The notes under the pieces were generated by a model. That model saw nothing but the letters and a program-made list of their open reading frames with translations. It had not been told where the DNA came from and searched no databases. 64,000 nt of DNA from positions 38,357-102,356 of the forward strand of contig CAUGGC010000004.1 of assembly GCA_959599095.1 (NCBI GenBank), in the 5' to 3' direction. Shown piece after piece: positions 18,284 through 29,513 of this stretch (position 1 is its first letter; each line of letters opens with the position of its first letter). A program made the position numbers and the translations under genes. Source of the stretch: an uncultured Collinsella sp. (GTDB lineage Bacteria; Actinomycetota; Coriobacteriia; Coriobacteriales; Coriobacteriaceae).

Positions 18284-19002
18284 TGCAAAAGGCTATCTAT
18301 ACAACCGTCGGGATCGATGAGCTCCTGTCGCATGTCCAGGCGCTCAAGGGCGTCGGCGCGCGCTTTGTGCAAATGCACGCCGAGCGCAACGTCGACGACG
18401 GCTCGTATCGCCTGCTCTATACGTTTATCAACGTTCGTGCTGCTCAGGAGCATATTGCGCAGGACGGCAGCTATGCGACCGAGAACCTGGTGGTTGAGGG
18501 CATCGACCAGTACCAGGAGATTCCGTCCATCAGCTCGTATTATCCGGCGGTGTTCCCGTTTGAGAACGAGGCGCACGACCTATTTGGTCTTGCCATTACC
18601 GACATGCAGATCGACTTTAAGGGCTTTTTCTACCAGGCCTCGACTGCCGAGCCCATGAGCGTTATCACGCCCGAGGTGAAGGCCGCGCGCGAGAAGGCCA
18701 TGAAGGTCCGTGCCGCCGCCGAGGCCAAGGCGCGCAAGGCTGCGGCCGAAAAGGCCGCCGCTGCCGCGGCCGCTGCGGGGGAGGCTGCCACGGGCGCTGG
18801 CGATGCTGCGGGGGAGGCTGCCGCTCAGCCCGATGCGGCTGCCGGCTCCGATGCTCAGCACGATGAAGCTGCTGCGAAGGCTGCGCTCAAGGCCGCCGAG
18901 ATGGAGGCAAAGCTCGCCGCCATGGATCCCGAGAAAGCGGCCAAGGTCCGCGCGGCGCTTGCCGCCAAGGCCGCCCGCGACAAGCAGAAAAAGGAGGCGT
19001 AA
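18283..19002 (+). CDS. echD: Ech hydrogenase subunit D (NuoC-like) with Ala-rich tail
   Basis: IPSISSYYPAVFPFENEAHDLFG. Confidence 0.85.
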   Translation: MQKAIYTTVGIDELLSHVQALKGVGARFVQMHAERNVDDGSYRLLYTFINVRAAQEHIAQDGSYATENLVVEGIDQYQEIPSISSYYPAVFPFENEAHDLFGLAITDMQIDFKGFFYQASTAEPMSVITPEVKAAREKAMKVRAAAEAKARKAAAEKAAAAAAAAGEAATGAGDAAGEAAAQPDAAAGSDAQHDEAAAKAALKAAEMEAKLAAMDPEKAAKVRAALAAKAARDKQKKEA

Positions 19003-19007
19003 GGTCC

Positions 19008-20096
19008 ATGGCACATCGCTCCGTTATTCCGTTTGGCCCGCAGCACCCGGTGCTGCCCGAGCCGCTTCATCTGGACCTGGTGATCGATGACGACCGCGTC
19101 ATCGAGGCAATTCCGCAGATCGGCTTTGTGCACCGCGGACTCGAGAAGCTCACCGAAAAGCGCGACATGCACCAGTTTGGCTACATCGCCGAGCGCATCT
19201 GCGGCATCTGCGCCGTGGGCCATAGCTATGGCTATGCCAACGCCTGCGAGCGCATGCTCGACATCGAGGTGCCCGGCCGCGTGCAGTATATCCGCACCAT
19301 TTTGCACGAGCTTTCGCGCATTCACTCGCACCTGCTGTGGCTGGGCTTGCTCGCCGATGCCTTTGGCTTCGAGGCGCTGTTCTATCGTTCGTGGACCCTG
19401 CGCGAGCAGATCCTCAAGATCTTCGAGAGTACCTGCGGCGGCCGCGTGATTCTGTCGATTAACGAGATCGGCGGCCTTAAGCACGACATTGAGGACTCCG
19501 AGCTGGCAGGCATTGTCCAGACGCTCGATGCCATGCGTCCCGACTACGAGGCCCTGGTGCATACGTTTTTGGACGACAATAGCTGCGGCGAGCGCCTGCA
19601 TGGCGTGGGCGTGATCAGCAAGAAGGACGCGCTGGACCTTTCGATGGTCGGCCCGTTCGGTCGTGCCTCGGGCGTGGACTATGACGTGCGCATGTTCGGT
19701 GACGGTGCCTATGCGGACCTGTCTGCGTTTGAGCCCATCGTTGCTAGCGATGGCGACTGCTATGCCCGCTGCCAGGTGCGTTGTGCCGAGGTCACGCAGG
19801 CCATGGACATCATCAAGGAGCTTGTCGGCAAGATCCCGCACGACGGTATCGGCGGGCGTACCAAGCTTACGCCGGCTGACGGCGCGCGCGGCGAGGTTGT
19901 GATTGAGCAGCCGCGCGGCGAGGCGTACTACTATGTGCGCGGCAACGGCACCAAGAACCTGGACCGCTTCCGCGTGCGCACGCCGACGTCGCAGAACCTG
20001 GCGGGTCTGACGCATGCGCTGCAGGGCGTGCTTCTTGCCAACGTGCCCATGATTATCCTGACCATCGACCCCTGCATTAGCTGCACGGAAAGGTAG
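19008..20096 (+). CDS. echE: Ech [NiFe] hydrogenase large subunit
   Basis: FGPQHP, ERICGIC...H, C-terminal DPCISCTER with no cleavable extension (Ech/group 4 signature). Confidence 0.93.
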   Translation: MAHRSVIPFGPQHPVLPEPLHLDLVIDDDRVIEAIPQIGFVHRGLEKLTEKRDMHQFGYIAERICGICAVGHSYGYANACERMLDIEVPGRVQYIRTILHELSRIHSHLLWLGLLADAFGFEALFYRSWTLREQILKIFESTCGGRVILSINEIGGLKHDIEDSELAGIVQTLDAMRPDYEALVHTFLDDNSCGERLHGVGVISKKDALDLSMVGPFGRASGVDYDVRMFGDGAYADLSAFEPIVASDGDCYARCQVRCAEVTQAMDIIKELVGKIPHDGIGGRTKLTPADGARGEVVIEQPRGEAYYYVRGNGTKNLDRFRVRTPTSQNLAGLTHALQGVLLANVPMIILTIDPCISCTER

Positions 20097-20103
20097 GCGC
20101 GGC

Positions 20104-20445
20104 ATGAGTTTGCTGACATTTGCCAAGACGGCCTTGGGCTCTATGGTCAAGCAGCCGGTAACGGTGTGCTATCCGCAGGAGAAGCTCGCGGCGCCCGAGC
20201 GCCTGCGCGGGCATATCGTCAATGACATGGACGTGTGCATTTGCTGCGGCATGTGCGCGCGTCGTTGCCCGGCGGGCGCGCTCGTAGTCGATCGCAAGGG
20301 CGGAACGTGGTCGATCGACCCGTATGCCTGTGTGGTGTGCGGCGAGTGCATCGAGAGCTGCCCCAAGCACTGCCTGACTATGGATACCGCCCGTACTCCG
20401 GTTGCGGCAGACAAGATTCCCACGGTAGAAACTAAGCCGGAGTAG
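20104..20445 (+). CDS. echF: Ech hydrogenase 2x[4Fe-4S] subunit (NuoI-like)
   Basis: CICCGMCARRCP and CVVCGECIESCP. Confidence 0.92.
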   Translation: MSLLTFAKTALGSMVKQPVTVCYPQEKLAAPERLRGHIVNDMDVCICCGMCARRCPAGALVVDRKGGTWSIDPYACVVCGECIESCPKHCLTMDTARTPVAADKIPTVETKPE

Positions 20446-20455
20446 CGCTGGAATA

Positions 20456-20489
20456 GGGGCCGGTGGGGCAAAAATGCCCCACCGGCCCC
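20456..20489 (+). terminator. Strong hairpin after the ech operon
   Basis: GGGGCCGGTGGGGCA / TGCCCCACCGGCCCC perfect stem, but no T tail. Confidence 0.5.
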
Positions 20490-20520
20490 GCGCGTGAACT
20501 CGCGGTTGGGCCGCTACGAA

Positions 20521-20680
20521 CAAAACTATGTCGGTTTACTACGATGAATTCGACATCCCCGACCATGACTGCATTTTTCTAAATATTGCAAGCGTTTTAC
20601 CTGCGGTTTTGCAAGCGCGCAATTTGCTGTGGTCGAAGGTAGGCGATTCATCGTAGTAAATCGGTATAGTTTTGAAATGG
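20521..20680. repeat. ~160-bp long-hairpin element, family A copy 3
   Basis: 29-bp inverted repeat 20521-20549 / 20646-20674; same internal CCGACCATGAC, TACCTGCGGTTT, TGTGGTCG motifs. Confidence 0.85.
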
Positions 20681-20734
20681 CATTAAATCGGTAGCAGCCA
20701 TTTTGTCATGCCGGGCTGATCGGTCTTTGGGTAA

Positions 20735-21364
20735 TTACCCTCGCAGGTAGGCGATGGCGATCTGTGTGCGGTTGCGCAGGCCCATTTTGGCCAGGATCGA
20801 GCTGATGTGGTTGCGCACGGTGCCTTCGCCCATATAGGCGGTGGCGGCAATCTCCTTGTTGTCGAGGCCGCGGGCGATGAGCTCAGCGACTTCGAACTCG
20901 CGGTCGGTCAGGCTGGCGAAGGCTGCGGGCCGGCGGAGCGTGCCCGCCTCAACGCCCGTTCCGTCAAAGTTGATATCCTCGATCGCCTTACCCTCGAGCA
21001 CGCGTTTGCCGTCCATGACCTGCGCCAACGCTGGCGGGATGGCGGCGACATCGGTTTTAATCAGGTAGCCGCGGGCGCCCAGTTTGAGCGCCGACACAAT
21101 GTACTCGTCATCCGAGAATGTCGTCAGAAACACCACGCGCGCTGCAGGGTCGCGCTCAAGAATCTCGTGTGCGGCCGAAAGGCCGTCGTGTCCCGGCATC
21201 TGGATGTCGAGCAGTGCGATATCGGGTGCGTGTTCGGCGTAGAGCGCCACCGCGTCGTTGCCGTTGGCACCGGTGCCCACCACTTCGATCTGTGGCTGGG
21301 CGCCCAGGATAATCTTGAGCGAATCGACCACCAAGCGGTCGTCGTCGACAACGATGAGCCTCAT
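20735..21364 (-). CDS. NarL/LuxR-family response regulator
   Basis: VVDDD, LLDIQMP, LTTF, LTDRE..GLDNKEIA..GTVRNHIS. Confidence 0.95.
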   Translation of the reverse strand: MRLIVVDDDRLVVDSLKIILGAQPQIEVVGTGANGNDAVALYAEHAPDIALLDIQMPGHDGLSAAHEILERDPAARVVFLTTFSDDEYIVSALKLGARGYLIKTDVAAIPPALAQVMDGKRVLEGKAIEDINFDGTGVEAGTLRRPAAFASLTDREFEVAELIARGLDNKEIAATAYMGEGTVRNHISSILAKMGLRNRTQIAIAYLRG

Positions 21365-22506
21365 CGGCCCTCATCTCCTTGCTGTTTGGGAACGGTGGCA
21401 AACACACGCCAGCCGCCGGCGCCGGCACGCGGGCCGGCGGTGAAGGTGCCGCCAAGCGCCTCGATGCGCTCGCGCATGGAGGCGAGCCCCATGCCCTCTG
21501 CGGTGCCGCGGCCGCTTGCTTGGACCTCACCCACGCCATCGTCGGTAACAATGAGCTGGTAAAACGACGGATGCTCCATGCACCGTACGGTGACGGTCTG
21601 GGCGCAAGCGTGGCGCATGGTATTGGAGAGCGCTTCGCGCAGGACCGCTGCAAAGCAGTTGGCGACGTTTGCGGGCGCATGTTCGGCCATAACTTCAAGC
21701 TCAATCTGCGGGCCGCCGTCCGAGCGTGTGCCTTCGACAATGCGTTCGAGCTGCACGGAAAGGTCGACGGCGTTGTCGTTGAGCGCGTGGACGCTGGTGC
21801 GCACAAGCTGGAGCGCCTCGTCAACCGTGCGTTTAACGTCGGCGAAATCGGCGGCGACGCCAGGCTCGTCGGCGTGGACCACGCGTAGGGCTTCGGCCTG
21901 CAGTGAGGCGCGCGTGAGCTGGTGCCCGACGTTATCGTGGATCTCGCGCGCGATGCGGGCGCGTTCGGCGAGCGTCGCGAGCTCGACTTCGTAGTCCTGG
22001 CGATCGGCAAGATCGCGGTTGCGCGCCTCGAGCGCGAGGGCTCGTTCCTGCAGCTCGTCGCGGGTGCGGCGCATGCGCCGCTGCTCGCGCTCCAACTGGG
22101 CGGTGCGTAGCGATAGCAAGGTGGCGGCAACCGAAAGGATGGCGGTTAACAGCAGCGTTCGGGTGGTGAGCACGCCACCACGAAGGTCCGCGACAAGCGC
22201 GCAGACAAACACGGCGCCAATCGCCAGCGCGGGCCAGATTCGTTCACGGCGAACGCGTCGCGCGATGTCATAGAGAGCGAGAGGCGCAAACGGCACAAAC
22301 GGCGGCACGAAGACAGCCGCGATGATGCAGGCGTAGCTCGCGGCCTCGCTCACACGGCGGGCGCGGTTTCCCTGTACGACCTCGGCCAGCGAGGTGGCAA
22401 TAACGCCAAGGCAAAACGCCGCGACCAGGCGAGCGTCCACAGCAAGACCCATGGCGGCCGCAATACAGCACGCCAGCACGATCGATTTGTCGAAAAGCCT
22501 GTTCAT
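21361..22506 (-). CDS. Membrane sensor histidine kinase (HisKA_3)
   Basis: ERARIAREIHDNVGH, REALSN, DDG, GMGL..MRER; start MNRLFDK. Confidence 0.93.
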   Translation of the reverse strand: MNRLFDKSIVLACCIAAAMGLAVDARLVAAFCLGVIATSLAEVVQGNRARRVSEAASYACIIAAVFVPPFVPFAPLALYDIARRVRRERIWPALAIGAVFVCALVADLRGGVLTTRTLLLTAILSVAATLLSLRTAQLEREQRRMRRTRDELQERALALEARNRDLADRQDYEVELATLAERARIAREIHDNVGHQLTRASLQAEALRVVHADEPGVAADFADVKRTVDEALQLVRTSVHALNDNAVDLSVQLERIVEGTRSDGGPQIELEVMAEHAPANVANCFAAVLREALSNTMRHACAQTVTVRCMEHPSFYQLIVTDDGVGEVQASGRGTAEGMGLASMRERIEALGGTFTAGPRAGAGGWRVFATVPKQQGDEGR

Positions 22507-22703
22507 ACGGGTATTGTACGCGAAGCCGCGCGTGGTGGAGGGACCGCCTGCGCAACCGTGACATTCCTCCCACGCGGCAAAGCGGGGACGTCGGCAGGCC
22601 GCACGGCCAAGCTCCGCACTCGTGACAAAGCTCACTGGTGCGCGCCGCTCGCTCCTGCGATGATGCAATCGTACCGGGCCGCAATCAACAGAAGGGCCGC
22701 CTC

Positions 22704-23642
22704 ATGACAGACATCGTCCACGTCGAAAACCTCGTCAAGCGCTACGACGACCTTATCGCGCTCGACCACTTTAGCCTGAGCATCGCCCCCGGCGAGATCT
22801 TTGGCCTGCTGGGCCCCAACGGCTCGGGCAAGACCACGTCCATCAACTGCATTCTGCAGCTGCTCGCCTACGACAAAGGCACCATCGAGCTGTTCGGCGA
22901 GCCCATGACGCCCGCCCGCTACGACCTCAAGCGCCGCATCGGTGTGGTGCCGCAGCAGGTGGCGGTGTTTGACGAGCTTACGGTGCGCGAGAACATCGAC
23001 TATTTCTGCAGCCTTTACGTCAACGACCGCAAGCGCCGCCGCGCGCTGGTGGACGAGGCGATCGACTTTGTCGGGCTGGGCGACTTTACCAAGTTTCGCC
23101 CCGGCAAGCTCTCGGGCGGCCTGGCGCGTCGCCTCAACATCGCCTGCGGTATCGCGCACAAGCCCGAGCTCATCTTCTTTGACGAGCCCACGGTGGCGGT
23201 CGACCCGCAGAGCCGCAACGCCATCCTGGAGGGCATCTGCCGCCTGCGCGACGAGGGCGCCACGGTGGTGTATACCAGCCATTACATGGAGGAAGTCGAG
23301 CAGATTTGCAGCCGCATCATGATCATGGACGGCGGACGTGTGCTGGCGCAGGGCACCAATGACGAGCTCAAACGCATGATTCAAATGGGCGAGCGCGTGA
23401 CTGTCGAGGTCAGCGCCGTAGAGACCGCCACGGTCGAGCGGCTGCGCGCCCTCGAGCACGTGCTTTCGGTTGAGTTGTCCGGCGGCGAGCTCGTCTGCAC
23501 CTGCGAAGCGAGCCCGCACAATTTGGTCGACATCCTCGACACGCTGCGCGCCGCCGATGTGGCGCTCGGCCGCGTGTGGAGCGAGCCGCCGACCCTCAAC
23601 GACGTGTTCCTCGAGATCACCGGCCGCGAGCTGCGCGACTAG
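22704..23642 (+). CDS. ABC exporter ATP-binding protein (YfiL/LnrL-like)
   Basis: GPNGSGKT, LSGG, DEPTVAVDPQSR, YTSHYMEE. Confidence 0.93.
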   Translation: MTDIVHVENLVKRYDDLIALDHFSLSIAPGEIFGLLGPNGSGKTTSINCILQLLAYDKGTIELFGEPMTPARYDLKRRIGVVPQQVAVFDELTVRENIDYFCSLYVNDRKRRRALVDEAIDFVGLGDFTKFRPGKLSGGLARRLNIACGIAHKPELIFFDEPTVAVDPQSRNAILEGICRLRDEGATVVYTSHYMEEVEQICSRIMIMDGGRVLAQGTNDELKRMIQMGERVTVEVSAVETATVERLRALEHVLSVELSGGELVCTCEASPHNLVDILDTLRAADVALGRVWSEPPTLNDVFLEITGRELRD

Positions 23643-23651
23643 GGGGCAGCC

Positions 23652-24839
23652 ATGTTCAACACCATTATCATCACGGTCAAAACGCTGCTGCGCCGGCCGA
23701 GCACGTGGGTCTGGGGCGCCCTCTTTCCCATCGCGCTTTCCACGATGTTCATGTTTATGTTTGCGAACCTGAGCTCCGACGGCACGGTCGACCCGGTGCC
23801 GGTTGCCGTCGTGGCGGACAAGGTCTGGGACGCTTCGACCTTTAAGGATGTGGCGACGTCGCTTGCCAAGGAAGGCGACGACCAGCTGCTCGAGATCCAC
23901 GAGCTCGACGACGCAGCCGATGCGAACCGTGCGCTCAAGGCCGGTGAGGTCGCGGGTATCTATACGGTCGACGCTGCGGGCACGCCCAAGCTCACACTGC
24001 TATCGAGCTACGACAGCTCGCGCGCATCATCGGTGCTCACCGATCGCAGCATCCTGGAGACGGTGGCAAGCTCGTATACACAAAATGCCGAGCTCATGTC
24101 CCAGATTGCCCAGGACAACCCGGCGGCGCTCGCCGACCCCGAGGCGGTTGCGCGCGCCCTGTCGCTCGAGGGCGGCACCCGCCGCGTAAGCCTGACACGC
24201 ACCACACCCGACGGCACGGTCATCTACTATTACGCGCTCTTTGGCCTGGTCGCGATGATGTCTGCCGAGTTTGCCGCCTTGAGCGTCATCGACCTGCAGC
24301 CCAATCTGTCGGGTCTTGGCGCGCGTCGCTGCGTGGGCGGTCTTTCCAAAACGGCGTCGCTGGCCGGTATCTTTGTGGGCTCGTGGCTGGTCTCCTTTGC
24401 CTCGATGGCGATCGCGATCGGCTACGTGCGTCTGGTCGTGGGCGTCGACTTTGGCGGGCGCGAGGGGCTGTGTTTGGTGGGCGGCGCCGCTTCCGCGCTT
24501 GCCGCCACGGGCTTGGGACTCTTTGTGGGCACGCTTCCCGTTAAGGGCGGCAAGGCGTCCAAGTCTGGCATCCTCACGGGCTTTGCCACTACGTGCGCCC
24601 TGTTCGCCGGCCTCTACGGCGAGCCAGCGATGGCGCTTGCCGACGACGTCGCCCGCGCCTGCCCGGCTGAGTGCTGGCTCAACCCCGTCAAGCTTATCTG
24701 CGACATGTTCAACCGCCTGTATTTCTTTGAAGACTTGGGGCCTTTTGCCGTTCGCGCGGGCGCGCTGGTCCTCATGACGCTGGTGTTTGTTGCCGCCGCC
24801 ACGCTGATTTTTGGAAGGAGCCGCTATGAGCACCTTTAA
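23652..24839 (+). CDS. ABC-2 type permease
   Basis: N-terminal TM, extracellular domain, 5 C-terminal TMs; operon with the ATPase. Confidence 0.88.
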   Translation: MFNTIIITVKTLLRRPSTWVWGALFPIALSTMFMFMFANLSSDGTVDPVPVAVVADKVWDASTFKDVATSLAKEGDDQLLEIHELDDAADANRALKAGEVAGIYTVDAAGTPKLTLLSSYDSSRASSVLTDRSILETVASSYTQNAELMSQIAQDNPAALADPEAVARALSLEGGTRRVSLTRTTPDGTVIYYYALFGLVAMMSAEFAALSVIDLQPNLSGLGARRCVGGLSKTASLAGIFVGSWLVSFASMAIAIGYVRLVVGVDFGGREGLCLVGGAASALAATGLGLFVGTLPVKGGKASKSGILTGFATTCALFAGLYGEPAMALADDVARACPAECWLNPVKLICDMFNRLYFFEDLGPFAVRAGALVLMTLVFVAAATLIFGRSRYEHL

Positions 24840-26031
24840 GACCGCGCTTCGCATGGCGCTGGCGCACCCGTTCTACCTGCTCATCTATACGGTGTTCATT
24901 TCGCTGATGGGCGTATTCATCGCGGCATCCGTGAGCTGGAACTCGTCGCAGCTCACCGAGTACAAGCCCTACGACGCCAACGTGATCGTGGTCGACCGCG
25001 ATGGCAGTGATCTTTCACTTGCGCTCACCAAGCACCTAGGTTCGCGGTTTGACCTGGTCACGGGCGTCGGCGATGACACGTACGACCTTGCGGACGCGCT
25101 CTCCAAGAGCAACAGCGCCAAGGGCAGCGCCGACTGCGTGTTCTTTATCCCGGAGGGGTTCGAGGACGACCTGGTCGCGGCTGCCCGCGCGGGGGAGTCC
25201 CTGCCCAAGCTCGATGTGACCTACGGTGCCGGCACCATGGCGGCGGCGCTTTCGTCTGCCGAGGCTTCGCGCTGGATCTCGCTCGCGGGCGCTGCGGCGG
25301 CGCTTGAGCCCGCTGCTTCTAACGGCGACGTTGCCAAGGCTGCCGAACACGCGGCCACCGAGCGTGCCGAGGTCGAGATCGAGCAGGTCAAGGTCGACTC
25401 GACTGCCGCCGCCACGCTCGAGTCGTACTTCAACTTTGGCGCGTACGCGATCATCTCGTCGGTCATCGTGTCGGTGGGACTGGTGTTCTCGGGCATGAAC
25501 GAGCCCGAGCGTGTGCGCCGCATGGAGGCCGGCCCGGTCTCCGAGCGCCAGCGCTCGCTTGCCGTGTTTGCGGCCGCCGCCGTGCTCACCGTCTGCATCT
25601 GGTTTGTGTCGAGCATGATGGGCGTCGTGGGCTTTGCCGGCGCGGTTGCCGAGGTCGGCGTGGGTCGTGTGTGCCTGGCGCTGTCGGCGACGTTTGCCCT
25701 GGCGTGCACGCCTCTGGCCGTTGGCTTTGCGCTGTCGAGCCTGGGTGCGCGCGAGGAGCTGCTTAACGGTGTGGGCAACCTGCTCGGCATGCTCATGACG
25801 TTTTTGGGCGGCGCTTGGATGCCGCTGTCGCTGATGGGCTCGGCCGTGCAGACGGTGGCGCACTTTGTGCCGACGTATTGGGTGAACGACGCGATTGGCA
25901 AGGCGCTCGCTTCGGATCTGACGTCCACCGTGTTGGGTGACATCGCCTGCGACCTGGGCGTCACCGTGCTCTTCGCCGCCGCCATTGCCGCCGTAGGCCT
26001 GGCCCTCTCACGCGCCAAATCCCGCGCCTAG
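24826..26031 (+). CDS. ABC-2 type permease
   Basis: FLGGAWMP..PTYW motif; overlaps previous permease; AAGGAG RBS. Confidence 0.88.
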   Translation: MSTFKTALRMALAHPFYLLIYTVFISLMGVFIAASVSWNSSQLTEYKPYDANVIVVDRDGSDLSLALTKHLGSRFDLVTGVGDDTYDLADALSKSNSAKGSADCVFFIPEGFEDDLVAAARAGESLPKLDVTYGAGTMAAALSSAEASRWISLAGAAAALEPAASNGDVAKAAEHAATERAEVEIEQVKVDSTAAATLESYFNFGAYAIISSVIVSVGLVFSGMNEPERVRRMEAGPVSERQRSLAVFAAAAVLTVCIWFVSSMMGVVGFAGAVAEVGVGRVCLALSATFALACTPLAVGFALSSLGAREELLNGVGNLLGMLMTFLGGAWMPLSLMGSAVQTVAHFVPTYWVNDAIGKALASDLTSTVLGDIACDLGVTVLFAAAIAAVGLALSRAKSRA

Positions 26032-26124
26032 TCTGAAATAAATCCTAGGCCTCGCCCCAAAATAGTTCGCCAAGGTTTACTATTACGTTCATAAAGTAGT
26101 ACTAGGCTAACAATGGGGGATACC

Positions 26125-26838
<714 letters not shown>

Positions 26839-26846
26839 ACGGCGCC

Positions 26847-29513
26847 ATGACACCTCTCGCAAAACGTCTCCCACGCGAGTTGCGCCGCAATATCGGCAAG
26901 TACCTGGGCATCTTTTTGCTTATGTGCGGAAGCATCGCTCTCACCTCGGGCTTTTTGCTCGCAGCCCACTCCATCGGCTGCCTTATCGACGACATGCGCG
27001 ATGCGTACACGATCGAGGACGGCCGCGTGACCACTTCCTTCGAGGCCACCAAAGACCAGCTCAAGGCCGCCGAGGATGCAGCCGGCGACGTCGGCGGCGT
27101 CGCGCTCTACAAGAATTTCTCCATCGACGCCATGGTCAAAAAGACCGCCGGCGACGACGGCACCAAGCGCACGCTGCGCACCTATGCGCATCGCACCAAG
27201 GTCGATATCGCGTCCTACTGCGAAGGTAGGCGGCCTAAGGCGGACGACGAGGTGGCCATCGACCGCGTCTTCGCCACCAATAACAACCTGTCCGTGGGCG
27301 ATAAAGTCGAGCTCGAGGGTCGCACCTACACCATCTGCGGCATCATGACTCAGCCCGATAGCCAGGCGCTGTTCCTCAACAACTCCGACTTTACGGTGAA
27401 CACCATCACCTATGGCGTGGCCGAGGTCACCGACGCCGGCTTTGCCGCGCTCGAGGATGCCGGCGGCGCGCCTGCCTACACATACTCCTTTACCTTTACC
27501 GATCGCGACCTCCCCACCGCGGATCGCATCGATGCGGAGCAGGATATGGTCGAGGCGCTGACCGATGCCGATGCGCGCGTGGATGACCTCATCGACGCCG
27601 ATTCCAACCAGGGCATTGGCTACGCGCGCGACGACGTAGACGGCGACTCCATGATGTGGACGACGTTGCTCGACATCATCATCGTGATCATGGCGTTTAT
27701 CTTTGTGGTCCTTACCGACGCCACCATCGAGGAGGAGAGCGCCATCATCGGCACGCTGCTCGCCAGCGGCTATCGTCGACGCGAGATCGTGCTGCACTAC
27801 CTGGCACTTCCCGCCATAGTGGGCGTGGTCGCGGCGCTTTTGGGCACGGCGCTCGGCGTTGCGTTCTTTACCGAGCCCATGCGCGGCCTCTATTACGGCT
27901 CGTACAGCCTGCCGCCCTTCCAGGTGTACTGGAGCTGGGAGATCTTTGTGAAGTGCGCCGTGGTTCCCGCCGCCGCGCTTATCCTCATTACGCTGGTGGG
28001 CCTGCTCCGCAAAATGGGCAAGACGCCGTTGCAGTTCCTCCGTCACGAGGCGGGCGGCAAGTCGGGCACCAAGCGCGGCCTGCAGCTGCCGGAGCGCATG
28101 GGCTTTGTCTCGCGCTTCCGCCTGCGCATCTTCCTGCGTAATCTGGGCAACTTCGCCACGCTTTTCGTGGGCATTGCGTTTGCCTCGCTGCTACTGCTCT
28201 TTGGCCTGGCGATTCTGCCCACGATGACGCACTACGCGGACAACCTCGAGACAAGCCTGGTCGCCGAGCACCAGTACACGCTCAAGGCCCCGCTGGAACT
28301 CGAGGGCACCGCCGAGGAGCGCGAGCAGTGGTCGGCACTCGAGCGCTTGCAGTCGGTTGACGGCGCACTGCTTTCTGCCGCTCAGGATGCCGATGACGAG
28401 CTTGACGACGCGGCCGATGCAGCGCAGGCAGCAGCCGATGCCGCGACCAGCGCTCCGTCTGCCGAGAGCCTGGCCGCGGCGCAGGACGCGCTCGCCAAGG
28501 TCCAGGACAAGAAGGATGCGCTTTATGCGCGCCTCGATGACCTTGCCGATGCCCTCGGCTGCGACCGCGACGAGGCTATCGACCTGATCGACAAGGCCTC
28601 TAAGATCGACACTGACAACGATGATATCCACCCGGTCAATACGACCGACAACGGCGCGGGCGCAATCGCGCAGGCCGAGAAATATGCCGTTTACCAGCTG
28701 CAATACGACCGCGGCGATGGTAATGGGCAGGAGACGATTTCCGTCTACGGCATCTCGCCCAACTCGCGCTATTGGAAAGATCTCAACGTCGGCGATGGGC
28801 GCGTTGTCTTTGGCGGTGGCTTGCTCGACAAGTTTGGCTGGAGCGAGGGACAGAAGGTCACGCTCGGCGACAAGTGCGAGGGCAAGGACTATTCGCTGGA
28901 GTACATGGGCAAGGACTGTGCCTGGGGCTCCAAGTCGGACATGAATATCTATATGAGCATCGATGACTTTAACGAGCTGTTCGGCAATGACGCCACCTAC
29001 TTTAACGGCTATGTGAGCGACGAGAAGCTCGACCTCGATGCTCGTTACTTTGCCGGCGACACCACGCCCGACGACATGCGGGCCGTGGGCGACCAGTTCA
29101 TCGGCATGATGAGCAAAATGATCGGCATGATGGTTGGCCTCGCGGTGTTTATCTTCCTGCTGTTTATGTATCTACTGACCAAGGCTGTGATCGACCACAG
29201 CGCCCGTTCGATTAGCTATATGAAAGTCTTTGGCTATCGCGATAGCGAGATCTCGCATCTGTACATCCGCTCGATCACGCTGTGCGTGGCGGCGTCGCTC
29301 GTGCTGAGTCTGCCGGTCATTATTGGCTCGCTCACGGCCATCTTCCGCTCGATGCTGCTCGCCTACAACGGCAATATCGAAATCTATGCGCCCGCTTGGT
29401 CCATGGTTGCATGCGTCGGCATTGGCTTTGCGACCTACCTGGTCGTGGCGTTGCTGCACATGCGTTCCATCAAACGTGTGGGCCTGGCCGAAGCTCTCAA
29501 GGTGCAGGAGTAG
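26847..29513 (+). CDS. FtsX/MacB-like ABC permease, duplicated
   Basis: Two repeats of extracellular domain plus TMs; IGTLLASGY and ISYMKVFGY motifs. Confidence 0.9.
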   Translation: MTPLAKRLPRELRRNIGKYLGIFLLMCGSIALTSGFLLAAHSIGCLIDDMRDAYTIEDGRVTTSFEATKDQLKAAEDAAGDVGGVALYKNFSIDAMVKKTAGDDGTKRTLRTYAHRTKVDIASYCEGRRPKADDEVAIDRVFATNNNLSVGDKVELEGRTYTICGIMTQPDSQALFLNNSDFTVNTITYGVAEVTDAGFAALEDAGGAPAYTYSFTFTDRDLPTADRIDAEQDMVEALTDADARVDDLIDADSNQGIGYARDDVDGDSMMWTTLLDIIIVIMAFIFVVLTDATIEEESAIIGTLLASGYRRREIVLHYLALPAIVGVVAALLGTALGVAFFTEPMRGLYYGSYSLPPFQVYWSWEIFVKCAVVPAAALILITLVGLLRKMGKTPLQFLRHEAGGKSGTKRGLQLPERMGFVSRFRLRIFLRNLGNFATLFVGIAFASLLLLFGLAILPTMTHYADNLETSLVAEHQYTLKAPLELEGTAEEREQWSALERLQSVDGALLSAAQDADDELDDAADAAQAAADAATSAPSAESLAAAQDALAKVQDKKDALYARLDDLADALGCDRDEAIDLIDKASKIDTDNDDIHPVNTTDNGAGAIAQAEKYAVYQLQYDRGDGNGQETISVYGISPNSRYWKDLNVGDGRVVFGGGLLDKFGWSEGQKVTLGDKCEGKDYSLEYMGKDCAWGSKSDMNIYMSIDDFNELFGNDATYFNGYVSDEKLDLDARYFAGDTTPDDMRAVGDQFIGMMSKMIGMMVGLAVFIFLLFMYLLTKAVIDHSARSISYMKVFGYRDSEISHLYIRSITLCVAASLVLSLPVIIGSLTAIFRSMLLAYNGNIEIYAPAWSMVACVGIGFATYLVVALLHMRSIKRVGLAEALKVQE

